From the NCBI GenBank assembly GCA_964527995.1, contig CAZGRP010000004.1:20230-84229 (forward strand): 64,000 bases of DNA, given 5' to 3'. The stretch's first letter is position 1. Each line of letters opens with the position of its first letter. This DNA comes from an uncultured Cytophagia bacterium. GTDB taxonomy: Bacteria > Zhuqueibacterota > Zhuqueibacteria > Oceanimicrobiales > CAZGRP01. The notes below the pieces were generated by a model, which saw nothing but the letters and a program-made list of their open reading frames with translations, had not been told where the DNA came from and made no database searches. A program made the position numbers and the translations under genes. Positions 62,275-64,000 of the stretch are shown one piece after another.

Positions 62275-63195
62275 TTAGCGTTCGTCGTTCTGCAGGGTGA
62301 TGCGCGTGTCCTTCTGCTGCATCAGCAGCCCCTTTACACGTTCCAGATTGGCTTGGGCTTTGGTGTTGTTCGGATCGAGCTCGACAGCCTTCGTGTAGGC
62401 GGCCTTGGCCTCCTCGACTTCGCCCAACCGTTCCAGCGTGATCCCGAGATTATTGAAGAAGAATGGCAGGTCGTCGCGCAGTGCAACGGCCCTCTGCAAG
62501 TGGGGAAGAGCCACCTCGAACCGCTCTTGCTCGATGTAGATGAGGCCGAGATTGTTGTGCGCGAAGGGATTCTCACTGTCGAGCGCGATGGCACGCTCGT
62601 AAGCCGACACCGCCTCATCAACCCGGGTTTGATTGTAGAGCACCCTGGCGAGAACGACCCAGGCATCTGGGCTGGAGCTGTCGAGCGCCGTAGCCCGGGT
62701 CGCGGCATCGAAGGCCTGTGACGTGTCGCCGAGATCGAGATCGACGCGGGCCAGGTTGAGCCATCCTTTGACGAAGTCCGGTGATATCTCCACCGCCCTC
62801 TGCAAAGAAATGCGCGCACTATCGATTTCGCCTGTGCGCCGTAATTCCAGGCCGCGAAGATACCACTGCCACGCCGTCTGCGGAGATTGTTGCGGTGCGG
62901 TCGGCATAGCCTCCTCGGCATGTTCAGCTTCGATCGTATCGGGTTCGACCTGAGTTTCGGCAACCGTCACCGGCTCAATCGTTCGGACTGTTTCGCTGAC
63001 CGGCGTGGCCGGCCGCCGAGGTGATTCGAGCGACTTCCGGGCGACCCGCTCGGGCGATTCCTTGGAATCGCCACAGCCCTGGGTGCTCTGAAGGCCGATC
63101 GCCACGGCCGTCAGAAACACCACAGCCACGAATCGGCGGGCCACGATGGCGCGCGATTCGCGCTGGGCATGACTTCGAGTGGTTGACTTGCGCAT
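62275..63195 (-). CDS. TPR-repeat lipoprotein
   Basis: ATG 63195 with AAGGAGGTG RBS. Signal peptide plus QGCG lipobox. About six TPR units (AW.NLG..Y......AI..Y..A..L.P...A..NLG). Confidence 0.7.
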   Translation of the reverse strand: MRKSTTRSHAQRESRAIVARRFVAVVFLTAVAIGLQSTQGCGDSKESPERVARKSLESPRRPATPVSETVRTIEPVTVAETQVEPDTIEAEHAEEAMPTAPQQSPQTAWQWYLRGLELRRTGEIDSARISLQRAVEISPDFVKGWLNLARVDLDLGDTSQAFDAATRATALDSSSPDAWVVLARVLYNQTRVDEAVSAYERAIALDSENPFAHNNLGLIYIEQERFEVALPHLQRAVALRDDLPFFFNNLGITLERLGEVEEAKAAYTKAVELDPNNTKAQANLERVKGLLMQQKDTRITLQNDER

Positions 63196-63647
63196 GACAC
63201 ACCTCCTTGGGTTAAGGTAATTTTGGATGACCCGCGGCTTCCGGGACTTCCATAAACCAAGAGGCGTGCCACGATTTCGGAGGGGCATCGGATAGATAGT
63301 AAGTTGTGTATTATTAGAGTGCTACGGCTATCTAGTGGTACCCATGGATGGCGGAGCCGAGGGGCCGGTGTGTCCGCGGGAACACGATTTCCGAAAACCT
63401 CGCAGCGATGGTCGTGTGGCCGAAGACACGGGCCTGTGTTCCCAGGGACACATTGGCAGACGGTAGGGTCCTCCGCACCGGAGGCGCCATACATTGCTGC
63501 GGAATCAATGCCAGCCGATTCAGGTTCATGCTCAGGCTTCTCCTCCGGCAGCGCTGGTTCTCATCCAGAGAACCACCTTGACTTTGCTGTCCCCTGGCTG
63601 TATATTGGGGCGCTTGTAGGGAACGGGCCAACAGGAGGGAACCGATC

Positions 63648-64000
63648 ATGATGGGAAAACTGCTTTGGGTCACGCTGGTGGCCCTGGTAGCATGTGGCGG
63701 ACAGGAGAAGTCGACGCAAGAGGTCTTGCCGGGCACGAAGTTCGATCCGTCCCAATCGGACCCGCAAGCGGTTAAGATTGCCGATGAGGTCATGCTGGCG
63801 CTTGGCGGCCGTGACAATTGGATGCAAGCCCGCTATCTTCGCTTCCGCTTTGTGGTGGAAAGTCGCGGCCGCGATCTGGTCGACCGCCGGCACGACTGGG
63901 ATCGCTGGACGGGTCGCTATCGGCTTGAGTACACGGATCAAGGTGGTGGCCACAACCGGGTGCTGTTCAACGTCAACACCAAACAGGGGCAGGCGTTCGT
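63648..64000 (+). CDS. Lipoprotein, partial (continues beyond window end)
   Basis: AGGAGG at 63633-63638. ATG 63648. LVACGG lipobox. No stop before the window end. Confidence 0.5.
   Translation, partial: MMGKLLWVTLVALVACGGQEKSTQEVLPGTKFDPSQSDPQAVKIADEVMLALGGRDNWMQARYLRFRFVVESRGRDLVDRRHDWDRWTGRYRLEYTDQGGGHNRVLFNVNTKQGQAF

Noticed and set aside
47013-64000. Possible ssrA-integrated genomic island or prophage
   Set aside because: No integrase, recombinase, phage structural genes or direct repeat of the ssrA 3' end were found within the window. Kept only as a low-confidence context note.

Overview
This is a high-GC (~60-65%) bacterial chromosomal window, densely packed with genes, mostly on the + strand. 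The high GC produces many long antisense ORFs, which I treat as artefacts. Part 1 below is the read-through of what the window contains; Part 2 covers the hunt and its caveats.

Part 1 - contents, in order along the window:
- A futalosine-pathway menaquinone cluster. A radical-SAM MqnE/MqnC-type enzyme is fused to a C-terminal MqnA-like domain. A second MqnC/E-type radical-SAM gene follows, and a convergent mqnD.
- Two tandem Hsp20 genes behind a consensus sigma-54 promoter. Downstream are a membrane sensor HAMP-PP2C (RsbU/SpoIIE-like) phosphatase and two CBS-pair proteins.
- korAB (2-oxoacid:ferredoxin oxidoreductase), an FAD oxidoreductase, glpD-like and thrC.
- A secreted protein with three lamin-tail-domain repeats and a T9SS-like C-terminal domain.
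- A conserved housekeeping run: yggS, yggT, divIVA, a lipoprotein, purine nucleoside phosphorylase, ileS, a DksA-like gene, lspA and rluD.
- An unusual outer-membrane protein: an N-terminal bactofilin-like beta-helix fused to an Omp85/TpsB-type barrel, followed by a DUF4097 beta-helical lipoprotein.
- A zinc-finger/polysaccharide-deacetylase protein, a UVR-motif protein, tldD/pmbA, a small GIY-YIG-like ORF, a patatin-like phospholipase, metH and rlmN.
- A TPR protein, a short RpoD-like sigma factor and an M23 peptidase, each with a near-identical TTGACA-N17-TATATT promoter.
- A clear tmRNA (ssrA) with its terminator.
- Downstream of the tmRNA, an accessory-looking regulatory block:
  - a DUF2961/GH172-like protein;
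  - a cytoplasmic GAF-PAS histidine kinase with a sigma-54 NtrC-type regulator;
  - a ferredoxin and a second RpoD-like sigma factor;
  - a Cys-rich zinc-ribbon protein and an RsbW-type anti-sigma kinase;
  - a promoter- and terminator-bounded ~200-nt putative ncRNA;
  - a second histidine kinase (REC-PAS) with a sigma-54 regulator;
  - a second consensus-like sigma-54 promoter driving a receiver protein, a MinD/BY-kinase-like P-loop ATPase, a FemAB/CelD-like GNAT protein and an NAD-epimerase gene remnant.
- The window ends with a TPR lipoprotein and a partial lipoprotein gene.

Part 2 - hunt. The candidates I would pursue first for novelty are the sigma-54-controlled REC-ATPase-GNAT module, the beta-helix-Omp85 (type Vd-like) protein, the MqnE-MqnA fusion and the ferredoxin/sigma/anti-sigma partner-switch island. 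No CRISPR arrays, transposases or integrases were seen. All protein identifications rest on motif recognition from memory, not on database searches.
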